DNA of 64,000 bases from an uncultured virus (IMG/VR IMGVR_UViG_3300044491_001439) (IMGVR_UViG_3300044491_001439); one strand, 5' to 3'. Positions 45,038 through 55,929 are shown, numbered from the stretch's first letter. The notes: generated by a model from the sequence alone, not told the origin. Numbers and translations: made by a program.

Positions 45038-48000
45038 TCAATATATTTACCGGTTCCAATCTTAACAGATCCTACTGTAGTGAGGTCATCAGGATCAAGA
45101 CACACCATATTCGGTAGAGCAACTGCTCCACTTCCGCCACCACCAATAATTTTTACTTTGGGCGCTTCTGTGTATTTTACAGTTCTGTCGAGGATCTGTA
45201 TACTAATCACATATCCTCTCGGATCAATAATTGCTTGAGCAATTCCTTCCTCACCATTTATGTATACGGTTGGAGTTTTACTATATCTAATGCCAGGAGC
45301 AATCAAAGTGAATGAATCAATAATGCATTGAAGTCCATTAGATTCAGGAGTGTTTACTTTGTACCCAAGTCCTTTTCTAGTAACTCTAATCTCTGATACA
45401 TATCCTCTAGTATCTAATAGTGCAATAGCAGTTGCACCAAAACCATTTCCAGAACTAATAATAACTTTTGGTGCTTCTAAATAAGAATCGCCAGAATCCT
45501 TGACGGGAATACTAATAATACCGCCACTAACATCAGTAATAGGAGGATATACTGTTGGTTTCGTTAACTCAACTCGGACTTCTTCTGTTGATGTACCATC
45601 ATCAACAACAGCAGTTCCTACAATAGTTGCATCAGTGAACGCATCGTAACCTACTACTTTGAAGTACACTTTCTCGTCAAATTCTTCTTGAAGATCTTCA
45701 ATAATACCAACTGTAACTTTAGAAGCATTATCTCTGATAACAAATGAACCGGATGTAGAATCTTGAACAATATCATCTGGAGAGATGTCTCCATACAGAA
45801 TATATTCTAACACCGTGCCATCAGGAATATTTTCTGACGTGATAGTGTAAACAATATCTTCACCTTCATAATATAGTTCTTTGTCTGATACTACAGAAAC
45901 AGTCTCTCTAGGTACTGTATTTGGATTGTAGAATGGATTGATTAAACCATATGCATCATAAGTAATAGTAACTTGTGCAACAGCATCAGTATCTACATCA
46001 GAGGCATCAATGACAGTGAAGAACATTTCTTGATAGGTAGATGTCAACACATCATCCGCAGCAAGTTGTACTGTTATTACACCAATACCAAGAGGGATTT
46101 CTACTGGTACAAGATTACCATCATCATCAACAACATCTTCAGTGACAGTTTCAATTTCGTTGATAACAAAATCTCCAGTTAAAGACTCACCAACAATATA
46201 TTCAGGAACAATAGTATCGCCAGACAATCTATACTTAAGAATAGTACCAATAGGTACGTTAGATGTTCTAACAGTATACGTGATGATATCACTTTCAGTA
46301 ACAAACGTTGGGTCAGCTACTACAGTGTAATATGGGGTGCCACCAGCATCTCTTGGCAGATCAGGTTCACCATCTTCACCAACTATATCATTAGCGTCAT
46401 CATCATCAGGAAAAGTACCATCTGGCACCGTGCCAGGTCCGTCAGGGAAGAAGTCATCATCATCATCATCATCAGGAAACTGCGGAATGATATTAGGATC
46501 GTTTGCAGGATCGTCTGCTGTTGACGGGAAGAAGTTATCAGGAGTCTCTTCGCCAGGGAATTGATTTCCAGGTGGTTTAGAACCACCGGTAGGAATCTCC
46601 GGAGGATTCCAAGTAGGAACACCACCAACAAAAATAACTTTAGTTGGTTCCGGATCCAAATAATCTAAAGATTCTGGACAATTCAAACGCTCTCCAGTAT
46701 CACCGTCTTCAATTTGACCTATTAACTTATCAAGGAAATCTTCCTCGTCATCATCAGTACCACAATCATTACATTCTTTAGTGGATTCAGCACACTTTGA
46801 ACTCGGTCCACTACAGTTGATGCCAAGGAAAGACATTACTTTTTGGATTGCTGATGATACTAGGTCAACAGAACCACCAATAAGAGATAAAATTTGTTGT
46901 ATAGGTCCTAGAACTGTTGATATCAACCCATCAATCAACGACAAGATTTGATTAAGAATACCATCAATCAAGTTTTTGATTGCACATGCTGCTGGAGAGA
47001 AAATCTCCATAATGAAATCAAATAATAAGTTCGTCAACCAACTTACTAACTTATCAATCAAATCCTCAATAGCACAACCTAATGCTTGCAAGATTTTATC
47101 GAGTACTTTCTTGATTCTTTTTAAGATATTACCTTTAGGTTTAACAGTATCAAAATCTGATTTTGGATCTACAGGTACTTTTTCTTTCTGCTCTTCTGGT
47201 ACGTTGAGACCCAGTGCTGCTTTAACTAAAAATTCAATACCTTCACGAATTTTTCTAATGATTTCTGACTGAATCCTACCGACAAGACTTCTTACAAGTC
47301 TTGTAACTCTACCAATATGATAACGAGCAATCGCTACTTTATCATACAAGAATCCATTTACTTTACTGACATAAAAACTTCCAAGTTGACCACCAGATGC
47401 CTGGTTTGCTGCCAACATATCACCCACGATGTTAGTCAGTTGCTTGCCGAAGTTACTCTCCGTACCGCAAGTAGGGTTAGCGAGGGTAACACAAGTCTTC
47501 ATTCCAATAGGGTTTGCTTCACTGTGCTTACCACGTAATGCAGCGATGATAGCGGGAGCACCATCCTCTAGATTAGCACGACAAGCATCAGGTTCACCAC
47601 CATCACAATTCCCCCCAGTTTCTTCGTCTACACCACCTTGTCTATCTTGTGAACGATGTGTCTGTGATTTAGTTTTTGGATCTGTATAGGTAACTAATCC
47701 TTTACCTTCACCGGAGTCTTGTGGTTCATCAAGTTTTACTTCAGTCGCACCAGCAGTGTGACCAATCGATCCCATAATGATTGGCTTTTGCTTATCATTA
47801 TCAAGGAAGAATCCGGTTACCCAGTTACCTGCACGTAGTTCTACGGACGCACCCGTAACGCCACCGTCACTAAATGGTGTCGTAACCGGCAACATTACCT
47901 GTGCCCAAGGCAAATCCTTGGTAGGAGTAGCGTCCTTTAGGTTATGTCCTATAATTCTAACACGATACCTTCCAGACTCTTTTGGGTCATCAGTATTAGA

Positions 48001-48084
48001 TGTTTCAACCTGACCAATCCACCAATGAAATCCATCTTCACCAACCTGGTGAGTCTGCATTAATGATGATAATACGGGATCCAT
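45028..48084 (-). CDS. gp5: baseplate hub subunit gp5-like (OB-fold N-terminus; no lysozyme domain seen)
   Basis: GFHWWIGQVE...GRYRVRIIG...LPWA.V..P.T...GNWVTGFFLD...QKPIIMGSI. Confidence 0.8.
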   Translation of the reverse strand: MDPVLSSLMQTHQVGEDGFHWWIGQVETSNTDDPKESGRYRVRIIGHNLKDATPTKDLPWAQVMLPVTTPFSDGGVTGASVELRAGNWVTGFFLDNDKQKPIIMGSIGHTAGATEVKLDEPQDSGEGKGLVTYTDPKTKSQTHRSQDRQGGVDEETGGNCDGGEPDACRANLEDGAPAIIAALRGKHSEANPIGMKTCVTLANPTCGTESNFGKQLTNIVGDMLAANQASGGQLGSFYVSKVNGFLYDKVAIARYHIGRVTRLVRSLVGRIQSEIIRKIREGIEFLVKAALGLNVPEEQKEKVPVDPKSDFDTVKPKGNILKRIKKVLDKILQALGCAIEDLIDKLVSWLTNLLFDFIMEIFSPAACAIKNLIDGILNQILSLIDGLISTVLGPIQQILSLIGGSVDLVSSAIQKVMSFLGINCSGPSSKCAESTKECNDCGTDDDEEDFLDKLIGQIEDGDTGERLNCPESLDYLDPEPTKVIFVGGVPTWNPPEIPTGGSKPPGNQFPGEETPDNFFPSTADDPANDPNIIPQFPDDDDDDDFFPDGPGTVPDGTFPDDDDANDIVGEDGEPDLPRDAGGTPYYTVVADPTFVTESDIITYTVRTSNVPIGTILKYRLSGDTIVPEYIVGESLTGDFVINEIETVTEDVVDDDGNLVPVEIPLGIGVITVQLAADDVLTSTYQEMFFTVIDASDVDTDAVAQVTITYDAYGLINPFYNPNTVPRETVSVVSDKELYYEGEDIVYTITSENIPDGTVLEYILYGDISPDDIVQDSTSGSFVIRDNASKVTVGIIEDLQEEFDEKVYFKVVGYDAFTDATIVGTAVVDDGTSTEEVRVELTKPTVYPPITDVSGGIISIPVKDSGDSYLEAPKVIISSGNGFGATAIALLDTRGYVSEIRVTRKGLGYKVNTPESNGLQCIIDSFTLIAPGIRYSKTPTVYINGEEGIAQAIIDPRGYVISIQILDRTVKYTEAPKVKIIGGGGSGAVALPNMVCLDPDDLTTVGSVKIGTGKYIDCP

Positions 48085-48110
48085 ATCAAACAGCAGTTAC
48101 GTATTATTTA

Positions 48111-49523
48111 TTAGGCAGTTTCTGCCTTTGAATCTTCATCTCTTCGACCATAAGAATCACGAATCAACGTAAGATGGGTATTACCTTTAATATTCTTGAA
48201 ATCATAAGCGTGATTCAGTTTAGAAATCAGATACACACCACTATGTTCTGGATCATATGGTTCTTCTTTTCTGTCAGGTGTGGCAATCATATTAGGAATA
48301 AAAATCTCAACTGTTTGTCCTACCTTGAGTTCAGGATGCAATGGAATAGTAATCTTTGCTTCTTGATTATTAATACTATTCATCCGAGAAATAGACTGGG
48401 AAATATAACTCTTCTGCCAGTCAGGGAACTCGGCAGCATTACTACCACCATCTTTTTTCTCTGGAGATGCGATTTCTTTTTCATTAAACCAAGTTTCATG
48501 ATCAATCAATGCTGACATGATTCTTGTTGGTTTAGATGCTAAATCAGATTGACCTTTCAACAAACCAGATTGAGAACCAAGATGACTCTGATCTTTAAAC
48601 GAATCTTTTAATGAAAATGCAAACTCTTCATAAGAACCTGTGCTGTAGTTATAGAAACATACTACGGAAGAGAATGTTCCCATTCTCAACTTGGTGAGCA
48701 TATCAATCTCTTGTTTAAAATCAATAGATAAAATCTTATTTAATTTAGATTGTCCAAGTTCATTATTCTCTTGATAGAGTTGTATAACTGGAGGATTTTT
48801 CTCAAGAGAGTTTAATCTATCAATAGAGTTAAAATTATATCCATCATAGTTCTCATAGAATAAGTATCCGGCACTGCCACTCATCTTACCGTAAGAACCA
48901 GAGTCTATGTCAGCAACACCACCTTGTCCATCCGTTCCACCACCAGCACCACCGCCTGATGCAGTACTACTATTATTTGCATCTTGTGCTACTGTTTTTT
49001 GTAACAGTCCGCTGATGATTGAAAAAGGAGTCTTCTTTCCTGGATGAAATCTAACTTTAAATAGTGTCGGATCTGTCTTAATTTCTTTCTCTGTAGATAA
49101 GTTTTCTTTCAACAAACTACTAACAATAGCATCAGGTTTACCTGTCAGTAGTTTAGGTAATCTGATTGTCTCATTAATCAATGCCTCTTTGGATATCATA
49201 CCAAGTTTGTATACTTGTACTCTATCAGCACTGAATCTATCAAAGACTCTAAACACCTTAAAGTTATATACAATCTCTTCTTCATCTTGTCCTTCAAGAA
49301 CAATCTCGATATCTTCATACCCCTGAATAGGAAGACTTGCAATCAGGTTTCCACCAGAGTCAGAAATAACAGCAATAGCCTCAAGAGTAGGCATTGCGAT
49401 ATTCTCAAAGTAATAAAAGTTCTGCACCAAATCAGTGATGACTTTCTCATCACCACTGACAGAAGTAATAGTTACTTTCTTTGGTTTAAAACTAGAAGCG
49501 TATTGTAAATCTTCTTGTGCCAT
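48111..49523 (-). CDS. baseplate hub / tail protein (gp27-like position)
   Basis: FYYFENI...GYLFYEN.DGYNF.SID.L...SGVYLISKLNH. Confidence 0.6.
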   Translation of the reverse strand: MAQEDLQYASSFKPKKVTITSVSGDEKVITDLVQNFYYFENIAMPTLEAIAVISDSGGNLIASLPIQGYEDIEIVLEGQDEEEIVYNFKVFRVFDRFSADRVQVYKLGMISKEALINETIRLPKLLTGKPDAIVSSLLKENLSTEKEIKTDPTLFKVRFHPGKKTPFSIISGLLQKTVAQDANNSSTASGGGAGGGTDGQGGVADIDSGSYGKMSGSAGYLFYENYDGYNFNSIDRLNSLEKNPPVIQLYQENNELGQSKLNKILSIDFKQEIDMLTKLRMGTFSSVVCFYNYSTGSYEEFAFSLKDSFKDQSHLGSQSGLLKGQSDLASKPTRIMSALIDHETWFNEKEIASPEKKDGGSNAAEFPDWQKSYISQSISRMNSINNQEAKITIPLHPELKVGQTVEIFIPNMIATPDRKEEPYDPEHSGVYLISKLNHAYDFKNIKGNTHLTLIRDSYGRRDEDSKAETA

Positions 49524-49524
49524 A

Positions 49525-52080
49525 TTATCCTACTAGTGGTGATGCAAACATGGATGTTAAATTATTAGTGTCACCCTCTTTAACAACAGTTTGTTGTGGT
49601 GTTGGAGGTTTATTCGTGCCTGCAGATTGTTGCTGCCCCGCAGAAGTATTTAACATAGCAACTTGAGTTGCACCCGACCCACCAGTATTTTTATCTGGTT
49701 TCTGTAGTGCTGCTTGTGTCTGACCAGGTGTTTCTGATGAAGTTGGAGAACTAATTGCTGATCGTCTTTTACCTTCTTTAATAAAAGATTTAACTACAGC
49801 AGCATTTTTACCATTGCTTGTATCAATAGGCATCTTATGGTAAAACAACGCAAAACCTTTAGTAGTTTTATATGCATTATGCATTTTGCCATTATGCATA
49901 AAGTGTATTCTATCTCCTGTCTTTGCTCCGAAGTTCTGGGTAATTAATTGTGAATCTGTAGGTATCATAGATTCCGGAGAATCTGTAGAATCTACGATAT
50001 CGTCTTCTGTACTTGATGGGGGAGTTTGACCCATCTTACTAACAGTTTCATACCAGTCTCTACTTCTTTGTATCGAAATACCTTTATTATAAACAAAGTA
50101 TTGATCTTTAAATAGTTTTCTTACCTTATCTTTTTCTGCATCGGTAAGATTTGGTTTCTTAAGTAAATCTAACAGTTCTGTATGCCCTCTGGCAGCAATT
50201 TCTTTAATCATCGCCGCTGCATTTGCGCGAAGACCTTCGTCTCCACTACCTTGAAGTCCTGCTACTGTTGGATCAATCCCCCTTGCTTTTAACTCATCCA
50301 ACAATACTTTTTCCCGACCGCCTTGCCAACTAACAGCACCATATGCAGTCTTGCCGCCATCATCATGAGTACCAAGAATAAGAGATCTACTTAAACTATT
50401 CTCTCGTCCTATTTCTGCCAAGGCAAGTTTTGCACCTTCTTCAGATAATCCTTGTTTTTCAAACTCTGCTCCCATCACATCGGCCACTTCCTTTTGAGAA
50501 GCACTACCACCACTGCCGCCACCACCAGTAGTAGATCCACCACCGCCGCCTCCGCCGCCGCCACCGCCACCAGAAACTTTCTTTAACTTTTCAAATAAGT
50601 TACTAAAGAATCCTTTCTTCTTTGCTTCAGTTTTATCTTTATTTTTAGTATCAGAATCACCCTTACTACTCTTTTGTCCAGTTACTTTATTAGCAAGACT
50701 ATTAGGCAACCCAAATACATCAGCGATAGGTCTTGCTACCTTGGCAATTTCACCCGCAAAAGAATCACCCTCTGGTCCCAGTTGATTCATCAAGTTAGTG
50801 ACGGATGATAGTATTGTACCACCAGCAACCATCATAGGCAGTGACATTGCATCCATTAATGGTTGTGTCATAGCATCAGAACCACTACTAGATTTCGATG
50901 CCATACCAAGATTTAAATCAGTAAATCCTACCTTACCACCAAGGTTAGATGTTCCCTTCTCAAATGATTGTGGTTTAGATGACACTGCAGAAGTTTTGGG
51001 CGTCATAGCAGGAGTTTCTGGTACAGGTCTTACCTTACCATCCATCGCACTTGGTTCACCTTGAGTATAGTTGTTGTCTAATGGAACAACCATCTCATCG
51101 CCATGCAACTTGGCAAGATAACCACTATCAGGACCAGAAACAATACCACCAGTCTCTGCTTCTGGCGGTTTGTTGGGGTCGTCAGCATCAGGTTCTTGTC
51201 TAGGTGTATCTGCTATATTATCTGTATCTAAATCTGATTCTTCACCTTCATCTTCAGGAGTCATCACATTATCAACGACATTACTATCAGCAGCATTTTT
51301 AACTGCTGCTCCACCACTCATTTTTTGAGCACCTTGTTTATCATCAGTGGTTTTCTTTTGTAATGCTGTCTGTGCATTAATAGCAGCAGCAATAGCATCT
51401 AACTTTGCTTCAATAGTATCAGTTCTTTCACTCAATTGAGCAATAACATCAGTCTTGATTGCCTGTACGTCACTGGCAATATTCTTTGTCTCGCCAAGTG
51501 TATTATTGATAGACTGTGCAGTCTGTTCAAGTGATGATGCAATGGCACTTACTGCAGTAAGAATATCTTCTCGTGATACTCTACTCTTACCAGTTCCTGA
51601 TGCTGATGATGCAGTTTCTTCTGCCGTATCAGGTATCATCTCTTCGGATGATTCTACCTTTTCAGGAGCTCTCTTGGCACTTACAAATGCATAGTTATCA
51701 AACTGTTCTCGAAATCTTTCAACTTCAGACAGTTTCTTTATCTCTTTACCGTCAGCGCCTCTATTGTCTACAAAGTTCCAGAACTGTGCCTTGGGATTCT
51801 TCAGCAGTTTGACACGATCAACTGTCTGTTGAATGTCTTGCTTCTTACCACTGATGTATGATCCACCGAACTTACTCTTCAGTGCTGCCTTGAAAAAGAA
51901 TCCTTTTTCTACACCAAGTTCATCTAAACTATCATATCCTGCTTTCTTTGCCTTTTCTTCTGCTGCCTCTCGCTCTTCTCTGGCAAATTTACGCGCAGCA
52001 ATAACCTTGGAGATCATTGCCCCAATATGGTCCTTTCCTGGTTGAGAAGTGTCGTTAAAGCCGACTGTTCCTGCTGCCAT
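49525..52080 (-). CDS. tape-measure-like tail protein with lysozyme-like domain
   Basis: Helical Ala-rich; ETGG...LHGDE..VP; LSEEGAKLALAEIGREN...YGAVSWQGGR. Confidence 0.55.
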   Translation of the reverse strand: MAAGTVGFNDTSQPGKDHIGAMISKVIAARKFAREEREAAEEKAKKAGYDSLDELGVEKGFFFKAALKSKFGGSYISGKKQDIQQTVDRVKLLKNPKAQFWNFVDNRGADGKEIKKLSEVERFREQFDNYAFVSAKRAPEKVESSEEMIPDTAEETASSASGTGKSRVSREDILTAVSAIASSLEQTAQSINNTLGETKNIASDVQAIKTDVIAQLSERTDTIEAKLDAIAAAINAQTALQKKTTDDKQGAQKMSGGAAVKNAADSNVVDNVMTPEDEGEESDLDTDNIADTPRQEPDADDPNKPPEAETGGIVSGPDSGYLAKLHGDEMVVPLDNNYTQGEPSAMDGKVRPVPETPAMTPKTSAVSSKPQSFEKGTSNLGGKVGFTDLNLGMASKSSSGSDAMTQPLMDAMSLPMMVAGGTILSSVTNLMNQLGPEGDSFAGEIAKVARPIADVFGLPNSLANKVTGQKSSKGDSDTKNKDKTEAKKKGFFSNLFEKLKKVSGGGGGGGGGGGGSTTGGGGSGGSASQKEVADVMGAEFEKQGLSEEGAKLALAEIGRENSLSRSLILGTHDDGGKTAYGAVSWQGGREKVLLDELKARGIDPTVAGLQGSGDEGLRANAAAMIKEIAARGHTELLDLLKKPNLTDAEKDKVRKLFKDQYFVYNKGISIQRSRDWYETVSKMGQTPPSSTEDDIVDSTDSPESMIPTDSQLITQNFGAKTGDRIHFMHNGKMHNAYKTTKGFALFYHKMPIDTSNGKNAAVVKSFIKEGKRRSAISSPTSSETPGQTQAALQKPDKNTGGSGATQVAMLNTSAGQQQSAGTNKPPTPQQTVVKEGDTNNLTSMFASPLVG

Positions 52081-52109
52081 TAGTTATGCCTCTATGCCTT
52101 TATTTATTT

Positions 52110-54926
52110 TCAAGCAAATAGTTTTTGCATCAGTAAAGTTTTTGATGCTGATGTAGTAGGTTTTCTTGTTACTATAGTACCACCACCACCCATAGGCATC
52201 GGTGCCATAGGTGGTGTATTATTTACCACAATAATCTGTTGTCCCATCCCACCCTCTTCATCATCATCATACATAAGAACTTCAGGAGCATATGCTCTAG
52301 TGGCAGCAATCACCTCATCTGTTGACTGTGCTGCGTTAAATGCATCAAGCATATCAGATACTGGTTTAAAAGAAGCAACCAGGTTTTTCATAACCTTTTC
52401 TTTTCCTCTATCACCAACGACAATCTGTGTTGGTACTGATGGAGTATCCCCACCTTCACCATATACTACACTGTCTTCTTGTGGTGCTTGCTTACCATTT
52501 TCATCATACAGTCCATGTGCTACAAATGCATTTGAACCAGAAACTTTAGCAGTTACACCAAAACCTCCAGTACGATACTTAAGACCTTCAGTTTTTAATG
52601 GGAAAGGAACTTTTGCTCCAGGATATGATGCACCACCAATCTGCAAGTCAATACCACCTTGTGACCCACGACCAGAACTATGTACCTCCTGTCCTCGTTT
52701 TACTTTCTCTTTGATAATCGCTGGGGTATCAGATTCTTTAACAGTGTACCCCAATCTACCAATGTAGATACTCTTTTTACCTTGGAAATGCTTAACTACT
52801 TTTTCTGCTACTGCTCTTGCATCAGCATTACCAGCTGAAGAGGTAATATTTCCATCTTGATAACTACCAGGACCAATATGATAATGTATGCCACCAGACG
52901 CTCCAGAGTTGCCCTGAATAAACTTACCATTTCCTCCAAATTTACCACCATTACCATCATCATCATTAACGTCAACTTCGGGTGGCATTCTTATGCCAAA
53001 TAACTTTAGCATACCACCAAAGAATCCGGTCACCCCACCCTTCATTTTATCGAGCATTTTTTCTTCTGCTATTCCACCTTCAGGTCCAAACTCATCTGGA
53101 TTTATATTCTCTTCATCATCACTCTTCTTTTTAGCATCTTTTATCGTAGTATCAATACCAGCAAATGATCCACCAACATTTGTCTGTGCGAGTGTTGCAG
53201 GTACATCAAAGAACTTTGTCAATGCGTTGGCAGATTGCTTAAACATAGGAGCAACTAAAGATGCTGCTGGTCCTGCTTGTGTCAAGAAGTTAGCAGATGC
53301 TCCAATCAATGCTCCACCAATAGGCGACAGTGCGTTGCCTGTCATATCTTGATTCTTTGTACCAGATTCATACCGATCTGCAGGAATAATTGCTTCAGTA
53401 CCATGTAATACTGCAGGTCCAGGTTTTGTTAAACCACCAGTTTCTTTCTGTTGTGGGGTTTCTTGTTTTTTAGGTGTAGAACCACCCCCGCCAGTCAGTG
53501 CATCATACAAGAATCCACCCACCATATCTCCAAGAACACCACCAATAACAGTTCCAACAAATGGAATGGGGATGAACGTTCCTAAAACTCCACCAAGAGT
53601 AGCACCCACTGCTTTTGCTGCTGCTCTACCTACAGGTTCTCCTAACATCAGTGAGACAGCAAAATCAATCAATCCACCAAAGATAGGGATGCGTTTTATA
53701 ATAGGACGCATCAATCCTAATGCTGCTTTCTTAACAAATGCTTGAGTTGCTTTAACAGCACCTGCTTGGGCTAATTTCTTACCTCCTATCTGTAATGCAC
53801 TTCTAGTTACAACTCTTTGAGCACCACGTCTACCAGCATCAGCACTAATACCAAGTGCTTTTTTTGTTACAGATTGTATAAGTTTTTTAGGAGCAAATTT
53901 TGCTAACTTATTTCTAAAAAGTCTAACAATCGCTCGTACTTTTTTAGGAGCAAATTTTTTCCATAGTTTACCAAGAGCTTTCTTAATCCACCCAGTAATA
54001 TAACCAGGTGATCCCGCTTTTCTAGGATCAAAACCTTTTATATCTTCTGTTCCTGCAGCATCAATAACATCGTCTTGTTCATCAATAGCAGCATCAATTT
54101 CTGCATCATCAAGTTCTTTTTTCTTTAATGCGGTCTGTGCTTCAAATGCTTCTAGAATACCATCGAATCTATCATTAAGACCATCATGACTGGTCTCAAT
54201 CTGATTAAGATTGCTTACAGTGGTCCCTAACGCAGCACCAATAAGAGCATTCTGCTTTTTCAGTTCATTATCAATACTACCAAGTTGTCCTTGGATTTTT
54301 TGTAATGATCCAACAAGTGTTGATAAAATCTTGGTGTTTGATACCCCAGTAGATTTCTTTGTCTTTTGATAATCTGTTCCTTGCTTTTGATTTACTGCAT
54401 CGATAAATGATTGCGGTAAAATATCTGTAATGTCTGATATATCGCCCGTTTCTTCCGATACATCTGCTTCTTCTATTACTTCGTCTACTACCTCAACTGC
54501 TTCTTCAATGTTCTCTTTTACTTCTTCTTCTGCTTCCTCTACAATCTCTTCTGCTTCTTCTTCTACTTCTTCTTCTTTCTTTTCTTCAGCAACAGATGTA
54601 TCAGTAAATCCTTCCGTACCAGCCGTTTTTAAATATCTCTCAACAATCCATTCTTGATATGTTCTCTCATCCTGACCACTGGTACTACCAGTCTCAAACA
54701 TAGGATATCCATCGATATCCTTCTTCATATTCTTGATAATTATATCAGCATCTTTATCGGAGAGTTTCTTCTCCAACATAGAAAAGTAACTGGTGCCACT
54801 ATCATCCGTGCCGCCAGTTAACTTTGCTTTTAATCTATCAAAGATGCGATCCTTCTGTCCACCACCAGGCACACCTTTCCTATACCATCTTACGATATCT
54901 TTTGGTGCTGGGGTGTTGAAGTTCAT
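52110..54926 (-). CDS. tape-measure-like tail protein with M23-like elements
   Basis: KRIPIFGGLIDF...GATLGG.LG..IP.P.VGT..GG; ETGG...LHGTE.IIP; GNSG.SGGIHYH. Confidence 0.55.
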   Translation of the reverse strand: MNFNTPAPKDIVRWYRKGVPGGGQKDRIFDRLKAKLTGGTDDSGTSYFSMLEKKLSDKDADIIIKNMKKDIDGYPMFETGSTSGQDERTYQEWIVERYLKTAGTEGFTDTSVAEEKKEEEVEEEAEEIVEEAEEEVKENIEEAVEVVDEVIEEADVSEETGDISDITDILPQSFIDAVNQKQGTDYQKTKKSTGVSNTKILSTLVGSLQKIQGQLGSIDNELKKQNALIGAALGTTVSNLNQIETSHDGLNDRFDGILEAFEAQTALKKKELDDAEIDAAIDEQDDVIDAAGTEDIKGFDPRKAGSPGYITGWIKKALGKLWKKFAPKKVRAIVRLFRNKLAKFAPKKLIQSVTKKALGISADAGRRGAQRVVTRSALQIGGKKLAQAGAVKATQAFVKKAALGLMRPIIKRIPIFGGLIDFAVSLMLGEPVGRAAAKAVGATLGGVLGTFIPIPFVGTVIGGVLGDMVGGFLYDALTGGGGSTPKKQETPQQKETGGLTKPGPAVLHGTEAIIPADRYESGTKNQDMTGNALSPIGGALIGASANFLTQAGPAASLVAPMFKQSANALTKFFDVPATLAQTNVGGSFAGIDTTIKDAKKKSDDEENINPDEFGPEGGIAEEKMLDKMKGGVTGFFGGMLKLFGIRMPPEVDVNDDDGNGGKFGGNGKFIQGNSGASGGIHYHIGPGSYQDGNITSSAGNADARAVAEKVVKHFQGKKSIYIGRLGYTVKESDTPAIIKEKVKRGQEVHSSGRGSQGGIDLQIGGASYPGAKVPFPLKTEGLKYRTGGFGVTAKVSGSNAFVAHGLYDENGKQAPQEDSVVYGEGGDTPSVPTQIVVGDRGKEKVMKNLVASFKPVSDMLDAFNAAQSTDEVIAATRAYAPEVLMYDDDEEGGMGQQIIVVNNTPPMAPMPMGGGGTIVTRKPTTSASKTLLMQKLFA

Positions 54927-55057
54927 CTACGAGCCTTTGCTTCCTCTGCTTTTTTCTTTTCCTCTTGAATATGTTGAATTAGAAGAGCAGTATAAACTTC
55001 TCTTTCCCACGGCATGAGGTGTTCAATCTCCGTCAAAGAGTATTTATGGTACTGCAT
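54923..55057 (-). CDS. gp51: gp51-like baseplate hub assembly protein (44 aa; possibly a -1 frameshift extension of gp26)
   Basis: Read by eye: MQYHKYSLTEIEHLMPWEREVYTALL; not in the ORF track. Confidence 0.75.
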   Translation of the reverse strand: MQYHKYSLTEIEHLMPWEREVYTALLIQHIQEEKKKAEEAKARR

Positions 55058-55107
55058 CAAAGCAAAGTTAGTTTTGTAATAGCCCTCCAAACTATTCTGG
55101 AAGACCG

Positions 55108-55821
55108 CTATGCGAAAAAACTTTGCAATCCCTCAATAGTATACTCACATTCATTACCAGTATTAGGATTCAACACCTTAAATGTGTGTAGTAAGCGAGG
55201 CATAGTCTCATAAAAGTTTTGAATTGCTTCAAACTGTTTGCTGGTCAACCCCTCAACAAACTCACGAAACTCTTTCTTTGTGGTAGTTGTAGAATCATAT
55301 ACATCTTCACCATCAAAAATTTGCTCAATATGTTCAGCAATAAAGTTGAAAATATGCTCTGGATCTAAATCTTTGTTGAGAAACTGCGATTCAATAAATC
55401 TATCCATACTTGGATAATTGAGCATAATCCCCATATCGTCTGTAAGCATAATCTTTCTACTATGCTTATCATCTTTCTTTACCTCAACCTCATCAATATT
55501 GATTGATGCTTTTGCTTGAGTTTCGTTATCATCAGTACAAGTTACCGTCATTTCGATAACTTCACCGACAGCAGCAGCACGAATCTTAAGAAATAGGTAC
55601 TCCAGATCGAATGATGGTAGTTGATCAACTTTTACTCTAGATAATACACATGCTCGCAATGTGTTTTTTACAGCAGTAATTACTTCTTTCTCATTATCAG
55701 ATTCTAATGCTAAAAGTAGTACTTTTTCTTCTTTAACAAGAAATGGTCTATATTTTACAGTTTTCCCGGTAGAAGGCAACGTAAGTTCATACGTAGGTAC
55801 GCCAAGTTTAGGTAATGCCAT
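55108..55821 (-). CDS. gp26: baseplate hub assembly protein gp26-like
   Basis: MALPKL..PTYELTLPSTGK.VKYRPFLVKEEK.LL...FDLEYLFL.IRA..VGE...EGLQSFF. Confidence 0.85.
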   Translation of the reverse strand: MALPKLGVPTYELTLPSTGKTVKYRPFLVKEEKVLLLALESDNEKEVITAVKNTLRACVLSRVKVDQLPSFDLEYLFLKIRAAAVGEVIEMTVTCTDDNETQAKASINIDEVEVKKDDKHSRKIMLTDDMGIMLNYPSMDRFIESQFLNKDLDPEHIFNFIAEHIEQIFDGEDVYDSTTTTKKEFREFVEGLTSKQFEAIQNFYETMPRLLHTFKVLNPNTGNECEYTIEGLQSFFA

Positions 55822-55929
55822 TGATATGTGAGTTCAAATCGTATATTTATTTAGTTCGACTTTTTGAGTCAATTTTTGGTGGCGATTTTTTTTCGACTTT
55901 TTTGTAACTGAAAAGTCAAATTTGCCTTA

